Of a stretch of 64,000 bases of DNA, positions 49,881-62,100 are shown one piece after another. The notes beneath the pieces are model-generated. The model was not told where the DNA came from. It saw only the letters and a list, made by a program, of their open reading frames with translations, and ran no database searches. The translations under genes and the position numbers were made by a program. This stretch comes from Lingula anatina (Eukaryota > Animalia > Brachiopoda), in the NCBI GenBank assembly GCA_051362555.1, contig CM120647.1, positions 3,286,001 to 3,350,000 of the forward strand. The letters are read 5' to 3'. Numbering within the stretch: the stretch's first letter is position 1; each line of letters starts with the position of its first letter.

Positions 49881-52105
49881 GACCGGGCCCCCTATGTCAA
49901 AATGTCATTTCTCGAGGAAGTAAAATACATGCATCGCTTTAAATTCTTATATAAGATAAACTTGAATGTCCTATAAGTGTTGTAGTGCCATGTCAAATAA
50001 TCATGTTATTTCTGATATGTGTTGAAGACGTGTATTGACCGCTTGAAATGGCTGGAGGATTGGCGAGTTATAATAAACTAGTGGCGATTTAGAGGGGGGG
50101 GGGGGGTCATGACACGCTCTCTTTAGCGCTCTCTTTCGGCGTACTCACTGTTTCACAGCGAGAGAAATCACAGTGCGCAATGATTGACGTTTGTTTATAT
50201 AACCTGCCAATCGATCTATCAAAACTAACTGAATTTGATTGGCACCTTGTCAATCAAAAGGTGTAGGAAGCTTGAACTAAATGTGTTCGACGACTATAGT
50301 GATCTACCGTGTAATGATTGTGATTGACGTTTGTTTATATAACCTGCCAATCAAGCTATTATTATTTGACAGCAGCTATTAAAACTAATGAATTTGATTG
50401 GCATCTTGTCAATCAAAGGATATCGGGGGTTTTTACATGTTCGGAGAGAAGAGTGTAGTAATTGTGTTTGACGTTTGTTTAAAAAACTGTCATTCATAGT
50501 CGTGTGCGATTAACAGCTTTCATCAAAGCTGAATTAGCCTGTTTGAATTTGACACATTCCTGTCTATATCAATACATGTCGTAACATTCTGAAGGTAGAG
50601 GGCATTTTCTTTTCTTCTTTTTTTTTCTTGCAGCGCGTTAAAAACATCGGTTTTTTTATTTCAACCGAGAGACTGAAATTTAACAACGTGAAAGAGTCCC
50701 GGGTTCTTTCACAGGCGTTTTTAATTGTACTAAAAATCAGTTGTCATTCTTTTTCTGGATATGATGTAAAATGACTATACATGAATTAACGTTGTTGTCG
50801 TTGTTTGTTGCTCCATGATCCTTTCTTTGGTGCTCGTACGAAATCGGAACTTCGTATACGAACTGAACATATTACTTTAATCATACGCATGTTCTTTTAC
50901 ACCCGATGAATATTTTTGGGTCATTTTTAGAGAACGAATGGTATAAAAAGTAAAACCTTGCCATCTTTTTCATAAGCTACGGAGAGAGAAAGGCCGAGAT
51001 AATGATGTTGGTGACCAGGTAAAATTAAAAACTACCGGTTTTGTTCGTTCCTTACAAAGGGCCGGAGCAATAAGTAGCCCGTCTCTGTATATTGACAGGA
51101 GCGTGCGTGAAAACTGTTGTTTTCAAATAAACTACACAATTAAAACTGACAAGTTAAAACTGAAAACAATTTTATGCAATGCGTTAACAATCTTTCGAGC
51201 TTTAATATGCGATATATTTTTAGTACTTCATAAGTATAAAAACTCCAGATTTCAATAACGTGTGAATAGGAATAAGTCGGTCTGGTCTAATCAAAGACTT
51301 GAAATTCTTGGTTTAATTTAATGAAGTTGTTTTTAAAGCCCCCTGCCCACTTTTTTCACGTCAACACAGGAAGGGACAGGCTTCTATTTCTTCTTCTCCT
51401 TCTTCTTCTTTTTTTTTGTGGGAGCGCAAACTGGTCGAAATTTAACACTTTTTGAGACCTTTCCTGCCGTCCGTAAGCACAACGCATGGATTTTGTGCTA
51501 GTCGTCACAATGAAACCGAGACCGCAGCACAGGCAAAACACTGCAGCCTGAGCAGTGGCTGGTTTAGGGGGGTCTCAGGGGGGGTCCTGCCCCCCCTTCA
51601 GTTTCTGGATATTAAACCACACCACTACTCCTCTCTTGACTAGCTTAATCATAGTTCTAGACCGTAGCAAATGGCACTGTTCGTCCTCTAACATACCAAA
51701 AATTTTCGGTACCCTTCAGCGGGCCCCGAACCCCACGTCAAAGGGGATGGAGGAGGGGGCGAGGGTCGGCTTCGCATCTGAGGCCTGTCATCCGCCCCTG
51801 AGTAAACTGTTACCATTCGTGCATGATAACTGGTTATTCACTGGTACGTGGAAGTATTGGCAAGTGCGACCGCCCATCACATAATCCCAGCAGTCGAGTT
51901 AAAACTGGCGGCGAATGAACATGTGTTCGAATTTTACATTTTTTCCTCCCATTCCTAACCTGGCATGGTTGGTCAACTTTATTCAGGTGTAGATAAGGTG
52001 AGCTGAAAACTTGGTTTTTAAATTTCTTTTTCAGACAGCTCTCAGTCAAATTTATACTTCCGGGGCCGTGGCTCTCTTCGACGTATTTCCTCTTCGACAG
52101 CTTTA

Positions 52106-52360
52106 CAGGGGCGGATCCAGGGTTATTTGAAGGTGGGAGGGGGGGGGGTCCGCGGATGCGAAATCAACACCCCCTTCTACATGGCGTTAGGTTCTACCGG
52201 TGAAGGGCCCTAAAACTTTTGGTATTTTTAGAAGGCGAACGGTGCCATTTGGTATTTGGTACGATTTAGCACCATAAATCATCTAGTCAATATTCTAAAT
52301 CCAAGAGGGGAATATTAGTGTGATTTTTTTCAGAACTCACCCCCTCCAAATCCGCCACTG
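52106..52360. mobile_element. MITE, CAGGGGCGGATCC...AATCCGCCACTG
   Basis: TIRs with flanks CTTTA/CTTTT. It abuts the left arm of the fold-back element at 52363. Confidence 0.78.
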
Positions 52361-52362
52361 CT

Positions 52363-52597
52363 TTTACTAACACTACCCGCAGATCTTTTAGCTCTAACAC
52401 CCATTTTAACCACAAAACATACAAATTATCCAACACTACCAGAGCTGATGAATGTTAGTGCTAAAGGTTTTGCTTCGTTGGTGCTAAATAACTGTGTGGT
52501 GCGTTGGCTAATCCGTGGGTTTTGTGGTTAATATAGGCGTTAGTACTGAAGATCTGCAGCTAGTGTCAGTAAACGCCTCATCCGTTTATAAGGCCTG
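52363..52597. mobile_element. Palindromic MITE
   Basis: TTTACTAACACTA..GCAGATCTT..AG..CTAACACC..TTAACCACAAAAC mirrored by GTTTTGTGGTTAA..GGCGTTAG..CT.AAGATCTGC..TAGTGTCAGTAAA. Confidence 0.7.
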
Positions 52598-53050
52598 GAA
52601 GTCCCAACCAAAATTTATTGAAACTGCTGCCATAAATGATAGAGTTGATAAGTCAACTTACATTTTTTAATCCTCTTCCCAAAGCAATTTCGTTGATGTA
52701 TAATTAAAAAAAGCTTCAAATTTTCTTATTCATCTTGGTCTTTAGATAATCTAAGAGATCAAATATCTATCCAGGTATCAGGACGCCCCCCCCCCCCCCC
52801 CCCCCCCCCCCCCGGACAATCCCCCTGTAATGAATATAACAATGAAAATGAAAATGCCATATTGAGAAAAATTATAAATGCCTGCTTTTAATAAAACTCT
52901 ATCTCCAGGTGGTGGGTAAGCAGATAACCTCACTCTACAGGTATCTCTTTGATGAAATTACTGGAAGTTTTTATTGTTTTACCACTGCCCCATGACAGAA
53001 ATAAACAAGCTCCGAAATTTATCATCTTTTTTTCTAATTTCATTTTTGCC

Positions 53051-53530
53051 CCCCATCCACGGCCTTCTCCACATCCCTTCCCCTCCCCACGGCCTTCTCC
53101 ACATCCCTTCCCCTCCCCACGGCCTTTTCCACTTCCCTGCCCCTCCCCACGGCCTTCTCCACCTCCCTGCCACTCCCTGCAGCCTTCTCCACGTCCCTGC
53201 CCCTCCCCACGGCCTTCTCCACATCCCTGCCCCTCCCCACGACCTTCTCCACGTCCCTGCCCCTCCCCACGACCTTCTCCACGTCCCTTCCCCTCCCCAC
53301 GACCTTCTCCACATCCCTGCCCCTCCCCACGACCTTCTCCACGTCCCTGCCCCTCCCCACGGCCTTCTCCACGTCCCTGCCCCTCCCCACGGCCTTCTCC
53401 ACGTCCCTGCCCCTCCCCACGGCCTTCTCCATGTCTCTACCCCTCCCCGCGGCCTTCCCCACGGATTTACACCTCTCTGCAGCCTTCTCCACGTCCCTAC
53501 TCCCCCCCCCCCCCCCGGCCTTCTCCACGT
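53051..53530. repeat. 30-bp C-rich minisatellite, about 16 copies
   Basis: Unit CCCTCCCCACGGCCTTCTCCACGTCCCTGC. It produces spurious ORFs on both strands. Confidence 0.95.
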
Positions 53531-54523
53531 GAGGTACATAGTTGTATTTCATGTGCCATTTCTACACTAGGCGAGTACAGCTGTGTGTAACATGAATGGA
53601 GAAAGTTCGGCTATTGCCTGCTGAATATTTTTTGTATTAACGCCAAATTCTATAAAAATTTCTTAATTTTCTCAAGCAGATTTTTTTTTTTTTTTTTTTT
53701 TTAATTTAGGAAAATGCAACGATTGGCTGGAGAGCCGATTGTTCTCGTCTGCTGAACGTTATTGATATTTGATGGCCTTGTTATAGCTCTCCAGGCTCCA
53801 CCCTTAGTTCAGAAATGACCTAGAACTTGAGGGCCACATTCTGTCTTCCTTTTCTTATCTAACCAAATTAAATCAAGACAATATCTGAATGAGAGATAGA
53901 ATGGGGTTTAATAATTCTGTAAAACTGCCGTACACTAGTCCATGGAGGGTGTCAACTACCAGAGTATAGAACTCAAACAAGACAGATAGGGCCTACATAT
54001 AGGCCTACCGTTTTCAAAAAACATCCTTCCTTTTAAATAATGAACAATGCTTATAAAATCAAATTCTTTTCAACCAATATATCATCAATTTATATTTGAA
54101 CTAAAAATCAAAAGATCTCTTGGCCGAAATATCTTGAACTGGGATGCGCCTGATGTGCCCCGATTCTCCTCCGATATAGTGTGTTAGTTGTGACAGATAT
54201 GTTGATTGCGTTTTCACTGCGGGTCTTTTTTTTTTTCATCAACAGACTTGTTCTTTCGGATCGGAATACTATTTTCAAGCATTTCGCACGTTATGGAATA
54301 TATCTAGGATTATTTACTACGTAACAAAATGCCATCTTTCCCATTCAATTGCCACTGGCACCTTGCCTTACATATTCAAAGATTCAGTGAAGATTTTTCG
54401 GGATTGGAAAGCGCGGAATACATGTAGTTTTGCAAGTTAACACAATCGAAAAGGAGTGCATTTTAGTTTATTGGGTAAGTATAAAGACTTACCCAATAGA
54501 CATTCATTTGGGTTTGTTGTATA

Positions 54524-54969
54524 CATGTCGACTCTCCCGGATAATCTGGGAGTCTCCCGGATACAGAACGAATCTACCCGTCACCCGTACATGTATCCAT
54601 ATCTCCCGGATAAAAGCGACTTTTACAAATTTTCACCACTGTCAGGTAACGCCCTGTCGATTTATTTTCAGAATAGTTGGGTGATCTCTTGAAAACTTCT
54701 CTTCTAATTGTTTGAGATAGGGGTCCCCCCCCCCCACTGAGCACCTGAGCACCCCCCCCCCCCCCGACTTTTACAAATATTCACCACTGTTAGCTAACGC
54801 CCTGTCGATTTATTTTCAGAATAGTTGGGTGATCTCTTGAAAACTTCTCTTCTTATTGTTTGAGAAAGGGTCCCCCCCCCCCACTGAGCACCTGAGCACA
54901 ACCCCCCCCCTTATTGAGCAAAAGTTTAGAATCTCCAGATTTTAGATTTTAAATGTTACTGGACACCTG
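54524..54969. mobile_element. Probable MITE with an internal ~148-bp tandem duplication
   Basis: Starts CATGTCGACTCTCCCGGA with repeated TCTCCCGGA and ends GGACACCTG. GACTTTTACAAAT..GAGCACCTGAGCAC is duplicated at 54618 and 54766. Confidence 0.5.
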
Positions 54970-55930
54970 GCGGGATTAGGTATACAATATATATATGTGA
55001 GTGGAAAAGTAGGAAATTACATGCCTAGATAACTTTAATTATATCTTTCTTAGAATGTGTGTCCATAGTAACAAAACTTCCGTGGATACCCATCTGTTGC
55101 AGCATGATTGTCAAATATGGCCTTATGGGCCATTTTAAAATTTTTGAATGAAATTTAAGACATTTTGTAAAAACTGCTGCAATGTAAAACTTATAAAACT
55201 GTTTTATCTCCCCACAAGGTTGTTCGTAACTGCAAAAAAAAAGTTTAAAGTATTAAAAAAAAAGTAAAAGTGAAAAGCTGAAAATATAGCCAAAATGTCA
55301 TGAGCATAACACTGTTTAGCTGCAATTGATTCGAACTTTTTAAAGGTCACATTATTTAAAAACTGTTCATGGCATTTGTTCAACTTATTGCTTGTAGTTA
55401 GAAAAAGTTCTCCACTGGATCTAACCCCCCCCCCCCCAATGAATTTTCCTGGGGTAAGGAGCAATTTTCTCCTACTCACTAACTGCTTGACCCATGGATT
55501 CTATGTTTATTCCATTTTTAGTTTAAAATGACTGGCCAGTGAAATAGATCATCTACGGTCATACACATTGCCTATTTTTCACACAAGAAAATAGGTTGTG
55601 CAGTATTGCAGCCCTGTGCCATGTATAATTATAGACCTTGCAAGCTGGCACTGGCTAGGTGCTAAGAAAATAATAATGACACTAGGTATGCACCAGATAG
55701 GTGACTTTTGATCTATTTTTTTGTTCAATTTAACTGTTATATGATGATTCTAAAGAAAAAATGTGACAAAACCTGTGTCTTGTTATTACAAATAGTAATG
55801 CAATAGGTGAAAATGTGTAGTTTATTCAAAAATTTACTTGGACCTCAGTAAATCCAGTAGATTTTAGGAAACTGGTGGTCCAATTGGCCAGAAAACTGAA
55901 AAGTTTATGGCAAAGATTGCACTAATAAAG

Positions 55931-56098
55931 CAGGCCCGTAGCCAGGGGGGGTTCGGGGAGTTCGAAAGAACCCCCCTTTTGAAGGGAATAGGTCCCCTCT
56001 AGGTGAAGTTTAATTAAGGTACATGAAAGTTTCATGTTTAAAGGTCCACTTTTTCAGAAAAACAACCCCCCCTTTTGAAATTTCTGGCTACGGTCCTG
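55931..56098. mobile_element. 168-bp MITE with a perfect 5-bp TSD
   Basis: TIRs CAGGCCCGTAGCCAG / CTGGCTACGGTCCTG flanked by TAAAG on both sides. Confidence 0.85.
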
Positions 56099-56659
56099 TA
56101 AAGGAACCTTTATTCAAATTTAAAGATCAATGTCAAATTTACCAAAATATAGCTTAGATAATTTTTTTTCTATTGTGTTACACGAATAAGATTTTCGTAA
56201 ATTTATACTTTTTAAACCATCAGTTAAATTTACGTTTTTGTGTCATCACAAGTGCCTTTGGGTGGCAGAGGGTTAATGCTGCCCTTCCATTATAGTCCTC
56301 ATGTCAAATATATACATATGTGAGGAGTGTAACTATGCTAAATGCAGGGATATTTTATCCCACTGGAAATGAAGCAGTGGGATTTTTGCCTATGAGTGGG
56401 ATTTTTTTTGGTAATCATGTTTTAATACGTTTGATGGTCATCAATATTATAATACTAGAGGTAAATTACATATTGATTTGGTGCTTTATTCCTTTTTTTT
56501 TTATTCAATCTGATTTTTTTTCTCTTTAATAACAATAAAATCCCTAGTGATGTTTCAAACCACATCCATATCAGGAGGGCCTGTTTTATTGACAGAAACA
56601 ACAGTTTAATTCTCATGCACTGTCTCTTAAAAGCAAAGTCAGTTTACTTATGATTGTGG

Positions 56660-57905
56660 AAAATCACCCTCTGCTTTTTTTGCCTCCATTTTTTGAGACA
56701 ACTAACAAAATCAAAGTAATCCCTTCTTTCTATTTTTATTCTAATGAGTGCATCAATTTTCTCTGGATTGAGTCTATTTCTTAGTGCAGTTGTAATTAAT
56801 TTTTTTCCAATCCGCTGTGTGCACTGGATGTGCCAGTGCCAAAAAGGCTAACATTATGAGATTTGGAAATTGATCCTTATGATCAGTAGCTATCAATTCC
56901 CAGAGTTTTGCAGTTGAATGCCTTGGGTAACACTGAGTGAGAAGATCATTTTTTATAATTCTCCATTCTTTCTTCACCTCTTGAGCATCAATAAGGGTCT
57001 TGGACACAGATTCCTTTGAATTCATTGTGTGCATTTTCTCCCCAAAGTGAGATGTCAGCATTTCCATGGATTCATCCCCCCAATACTGCAGCTCATCCTG
57101 ACTGAGTAGAGAAATGGGCTTCATCCCCAAAACACAGAAAGAGGACATCAGCTCCTGGTCAGGGAATCTGGGAATAATACAATACAGAACTAAATTCTAA
57201 GATGCACACAAAGTAAAAACTTCTTTTTAATAAAAAGAAAAATTAAATTATTGATTTAAAAATAATTATACATAATAATATTTGGCTATAATTGAAAAAG
57301 TCATTAAATTTGTTATAAATCAAAGCGAGTACTTAAAAGGAATGAATAATTTAAGAAAACTCATAATCTTTAATGGCACAACTTGTAATGTATTGGTGAA
57401 ATCAATCAATATCATATGGGTTTAAAATCAAAATATTAATTACCTTTTTTCAGAATTATCAAGCATAGCTTGGATGGAATCCCTTTTAGTAACCTCAGTC
57501 TTGTACTTTGAGTGTGCAACCACATGGTTCACTTTGAAAGTAGCTCCAATAAGGTGCTCCTCTAATTGTTTGCTAAAGGTCTAGATGCATAGATCCATCT
57601 TTAATGACCTTCAAGTCCATTTTGCAGCTATCCACAACTGGCTGGAAGTCATGTTTAATTTGCATAAATTAATAACAGAAAACTATTTTTGTCAACCTTA
57701 AACTGAAAGCTATACTTCTTGTTTGTTTCAGTATGTTATAGCAAAAACTTAAAACTTTTGAAAAGTACCGTAAGTTAAATCATTAGCACTAAATTTAATA
57801 AGTGACATAGTTATCATAAATAAACTTAAAGAGCCTGACTTTTACCTTTACAGTTCCTATGTCAATGACTTTCATTTGGAAAAATAAACTCAGCTGATGA
57901 TCAAT
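56660..57905 (-). pseudogene. Intron-containing hAT transposase relic (ZNF862-like C-terminal half)
   Basis: Three exon-like blocks: QLSLFFQMKVIDIGTVK|GT (57846); QPVVDSCK..IQAMLDNSEKR|GT (~57443); AG|FPDQELMSSFCVL..LTSHFG..VKKEW..FPNLIMLAFLALAHPVHTAD..LITTALRNRLNPE..IDALIRIKIE..FDF..KW..KKQR (hAT dimerisation region). The CERxFS segment is deleted. Confidence 0.85.
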
Positions 57906-58019
57906 TGTTTGTACCAATTTTCAGAAACTACACAGACCTAAGCTGTCACATTATAGTGAGGGATTACAATCAGCAACTCCTTTCATCTTTGGGAGTTTGG
58001 GGTTAATTGGTGCATTTTC

Positions 58020-59135
58020 ATGGGAGAAGCAATCATTAGATACGGAAACTGAAAACTCTCTCTAATTCTGGAACCGTAAAAGCTAGAGACCTTTTGTTTT
58101 TTGCATTTTTTGTAGAACTTGTCAAATGTAATACTGGAGGTGGTGTCCTTTTTTTTTTTTTTTGTTTTCGACGTGGTTTTTTCATTGCACTATATAAAAA
58201 AATACAATGTTGCAATATTCAGTGGTGAAAATGAAATGTGAATTATTCCCAAATTAGCAGAGATATGCACATAGTTACTATTGAACTAAGGAAGTCATAT
58301 ACTGGTAATCTAACTGTGACCTTAAAATTGACCTTTGACCTACTTTTCATTATGAACTGCACTTTGCAAGTTTTCCAATCTTCATGTCTCCAAAACTGGC
58401 AAAGATACACCCATAATTAATACCTTTTGCGTTACACGTGACTGGCCTTATTTTTCGAGCGTGGTACATTATTGGAGCGCAATATTCTGCGTGAAACATG
58501 ATTCAGGAACTTCTTTGTTCCGCGTTATTAATTGGTATGAATTCATCAACGTGATTCGTAAAAATGTTTAATTAGCATTAGAGGAATTTGTTCTAGATAG
58601 TCCCAAACTTTGTATCATGATTGTAGGGCGATCATTCACTGGAGATAAATTCAACAAACTCTTCAAACAAGGCAGGTAGAAAAGTGGAAATGTGAGTAGT
58701 TTGCTACTTTCCTGTTCTATTCGTATATCATCGCCTTAGTCTCTGTCACGGGAATCCTGACCAATAAGAATGGCTGAATATCTCTAAACAGACGATTCAT
58801 GTCATTCAACATACGAAATTAATTATTCTGGGAATGTTATGAATTCTTTGCATTCCTGCAAGTATAGCAATTTTCTATCTTGATGAATGGTGATAGCTCT
58901 CAAATCTTCGTGATTGGTGATTGACCTGAATATATCTTCGTGATTGGTGATTGACCTGTTTTAATTCTTCGTGATTGGTGATTAAGGGGGAGTATTTCTT
59001 ACCCTCATTGAACTTGAATAGGATGCCATATACTGCCAATCTAACTGTGATCCTGAAATTGACCTTTTGACCTAATTTTCACCATGAACTGAGCTTTGCA
59101 AATTTTCTATCCCTTATATCTTGAAAACTGGCAAT
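58020..59135 (+). mobile_element. Old fragments of the HINE-1 family in opposite orientation, interrupted by a ~585-bp insert (58420-59005)
   Basis: GTGACCTTAAAATTGACCTTTGACCTACTTTTCA (58316-58349) and 59006-59133 are reverse complements of the 146-bp monomer. 58040-58150 matches the HINE-1 body. Confidence 0.7.
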
Positions 59136-59139
59136 ATTT

Positions 59140-62100
59140 TCACTTTTTTTCAAACTTACTGTTCTTTTTCCAGATGAGCCTTTCCATTAGACACAATCAA
59201 AATTATTAATGTTTAGCTATATTAGTCTGATAAATTTATCACTTTTTAAATTTTAATTTCCATATTTTTTTTAAATACATTGTACATTTCTCTTCCAGGT
59301 GACCTTTTCCATACAGCGTGGGGGCTTTTTTGGTGAACTGATACTTCCTGTCTGGTCATGGCCAATTCCTATAGAAAAAACAGGCAGCAAAAGACAATAG
59401 CAAGAGCAATGGATTGTGTCATCCATGTCTACAATAGATGGTAGGCAAGCTTTGGGACATTGTCAAATGGTATGCTAAACCTCAATTCCAAAAACAAATT
59501 GTAAGGAGGAATCTGCATCTGGTATTGGTAGTAAGGAGATGTCTTAAATGGGTACATATTCTTTTCCAGAGGAAAATTATGGTTAATTTGTCACCTCTTA
59601 CACAAACAAACTCAAATCATAATATTTGATGTTTAATGTGAGTCTAATTAGATGTTGTGAAATTGAAAAAAAAATATTGTAGATAATTCTCACTCTTCGC
59701 ATTCAAAATGTCAAACAACTACAATTCTATCACACACTGTCAACTGATGAGCTAATCACAGATTTTTATTGTTGTTATGCATCATCTCTCTAAATTTCAC
59801 AAATATTAGACAAGATTTGTGAAAATTATTAACGTTTAACTATTTTATACCATAGAATTTGGCAGTCTTTTCAGTGCCATTTTCAGTTTTCTCACATTTA
59901 TTTGCTCTGAAAAATGTTTTTCATGAGACACAGTCAACTGATGAGCTTATCACAGATATTTAGTATTGTTATGCATCATCTGTCTAAATTTCACAAATAT
60001 TGGACAAGATTTGTGAAAATTATTAACATTTAACTATTTTAAGGCACCGCATTTGGCAGTCTTTTCAATGTCATTTTGAGTATTTCTCAAATTTATATGT
60101 TCTGAAAATATCCTTTTTATTAGACATAGTCAACTGTTTAGGTTAAGTTTATCAAAATTATTGTTTAACTATTTTAGTGTGGGAAATTTGTCAATTTTTA
60201 GAATTTAATTTTCACTTTTATCAAACATATTGTTATTTTTCCAGGTGACCTTTTCCATACAGCGTGATGGCTTTTTTGGTGAACTGATTCTTCCTGTCTG
60301 GTCAGGGCTAATTCCTATAGAAAAAACAGACAGCAAAAGACAACAGCAAGAGCAATGCTATGTCTCATCCATGTGTACAATAGATGGTATATGGCAAGCT
60401 TTAGGACATTGTCAAATGGTGTGCTAAACCCTATTCCAGAAACCGATTGTAAGGAGGAATCTGCATCTGGTATTGGTAGTAAGGAGATGTCTTAAATGGG
60501 TATATATTCTTTTCCAGAGGAAAATTATGGTTAATTTGTCACCTCTTACACATACAAACTGAAATCATAATATTTGATGTTTAATGTGAGTCTAATTAGA
60601 TGTTGTGAAATTGAAAAAAAATATTGTAGATAATTCTCACTCTTTGCATACAAAAAGTCAAACAACTACAATTCTATCACACACTGTCAACTGTTAAGCT
60701 TATCACAGATTTTTGTTATTGTTAAGCATCATCTCTCTAAATTTCACAAATATTGAACAAGTTTTGTGAAAATTATTAACGTTTAACTATTTTCAGGCAC
60801 CGCCTTTTGCAGTCTTCCCAGTGTCATTTTCAATTTTCTCAAATTTATTGTCCAAAAAAATTTTTTTAATGAGACACAGTCAACTGATGAGCTTATCACA
60901 GAATTTTATTGTTGTTATGCATCATCTATCCAAATTTCACAAATATTAGACAAGATTTGTGAAAATTATTAACGTTTAACTATTTTAAGCCATGGAATTT
61001 CGCAGTCTTTGCAATGTCATTTTCAGTTTTCTCACATTTATATGCCGTGAAAAATGTTTTTCATGAGACACAGTCAACTGATGAGCTTATCACAGATTTT
61101 TATTATTGTTATGCATCATCTACCCAAATTTCACAAATATTAGACAAGATTTGTAAAAATTATTAACGTTTAACTATTTTAAGCCATGGAATTTATCAGT
61201 CGTTTCAGTGACATTTTGTTTTCTCAATTTTATTGTCCAAAAAAAACTTTTGCATGAGACAAAGTCAACTGACGAGCTAATCACAGATTTTTATTGTTGT
61301 TATGCATCATTTATCCAAATTTCACAAATATTAGACAAGATTTGTGAAAATTATTAACGTTTAACTTTTTTATACCATAGAATTTGGCAGTCTTTTCAGT
61401 GCCATTTTCAGTTTTCTCAAATTTATTGTCCAAAAAAAATCTTTTTCATGAGACACAGTCAACTGATGAGCTAATTACAGATTTTTATTGTTGTTATGCA
61501 TCATTCATCCAAATTTCACAAATATTAGACAAGATTTGTGAAAATTATTAACGTTTAACTATTTTAAGCATGGAATTTGGCAGTCTTTGCAATGTCATTT
61601 TCAGTTTTCTCACATTTATATGCCGTGAAAAATGTTTTTCATGAGACACAGTCAACTGATGAGCTTATCACAGATTTCTATTATTGTTATGCATCATCTA
61701 TCTAAATTTCACAAATATTAGACAAGATTTGTGAAAATTATTAACGTTTAACTATTTTAAGCCATGGAATTTGGCAGTCATTTCAGTGACATTTTCAGTT
61801 TTCTCAATTTTATTGTCCAAAAAAAACTTTTTCATGAGACACAGTCAACTGATGAGCTAATCACAGATTTTTATTTTTGTTATGCATCATCTATCCAAAT
61901 TTCACAAATATTAGACAAGATTTGTAAAAAGTATTAACGTTCAACTATTTTAAGCCATGGAATTGAGCAGTCGTTTCAGTGTCATTTTCAGTTTTCTCAA
62001 ATTTATTGTCCAAAAAAAATCTTTTTCATGAGACACAGTCAACTGATGAGCTAATCACAGATTCTTATTGTTGTTATGCATCATCTATCCAAATTTCACA

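Noticed and set aside
52949-53590. Proline-rich, extensin-like ORF and overlapping ORFs
   Set aside because: ORFs are open in four frames on both strands because of the 30-bp repeat, with no non-repetitive domain.
60871-61065. Hammerhead ribozyme in the 194-bp satellite (CTGATGAG ... GAAA)
   Set aside because: No stem II closes between CTGATGA and GAAA, and I could not build a stem I/III arrangement with a UH site.
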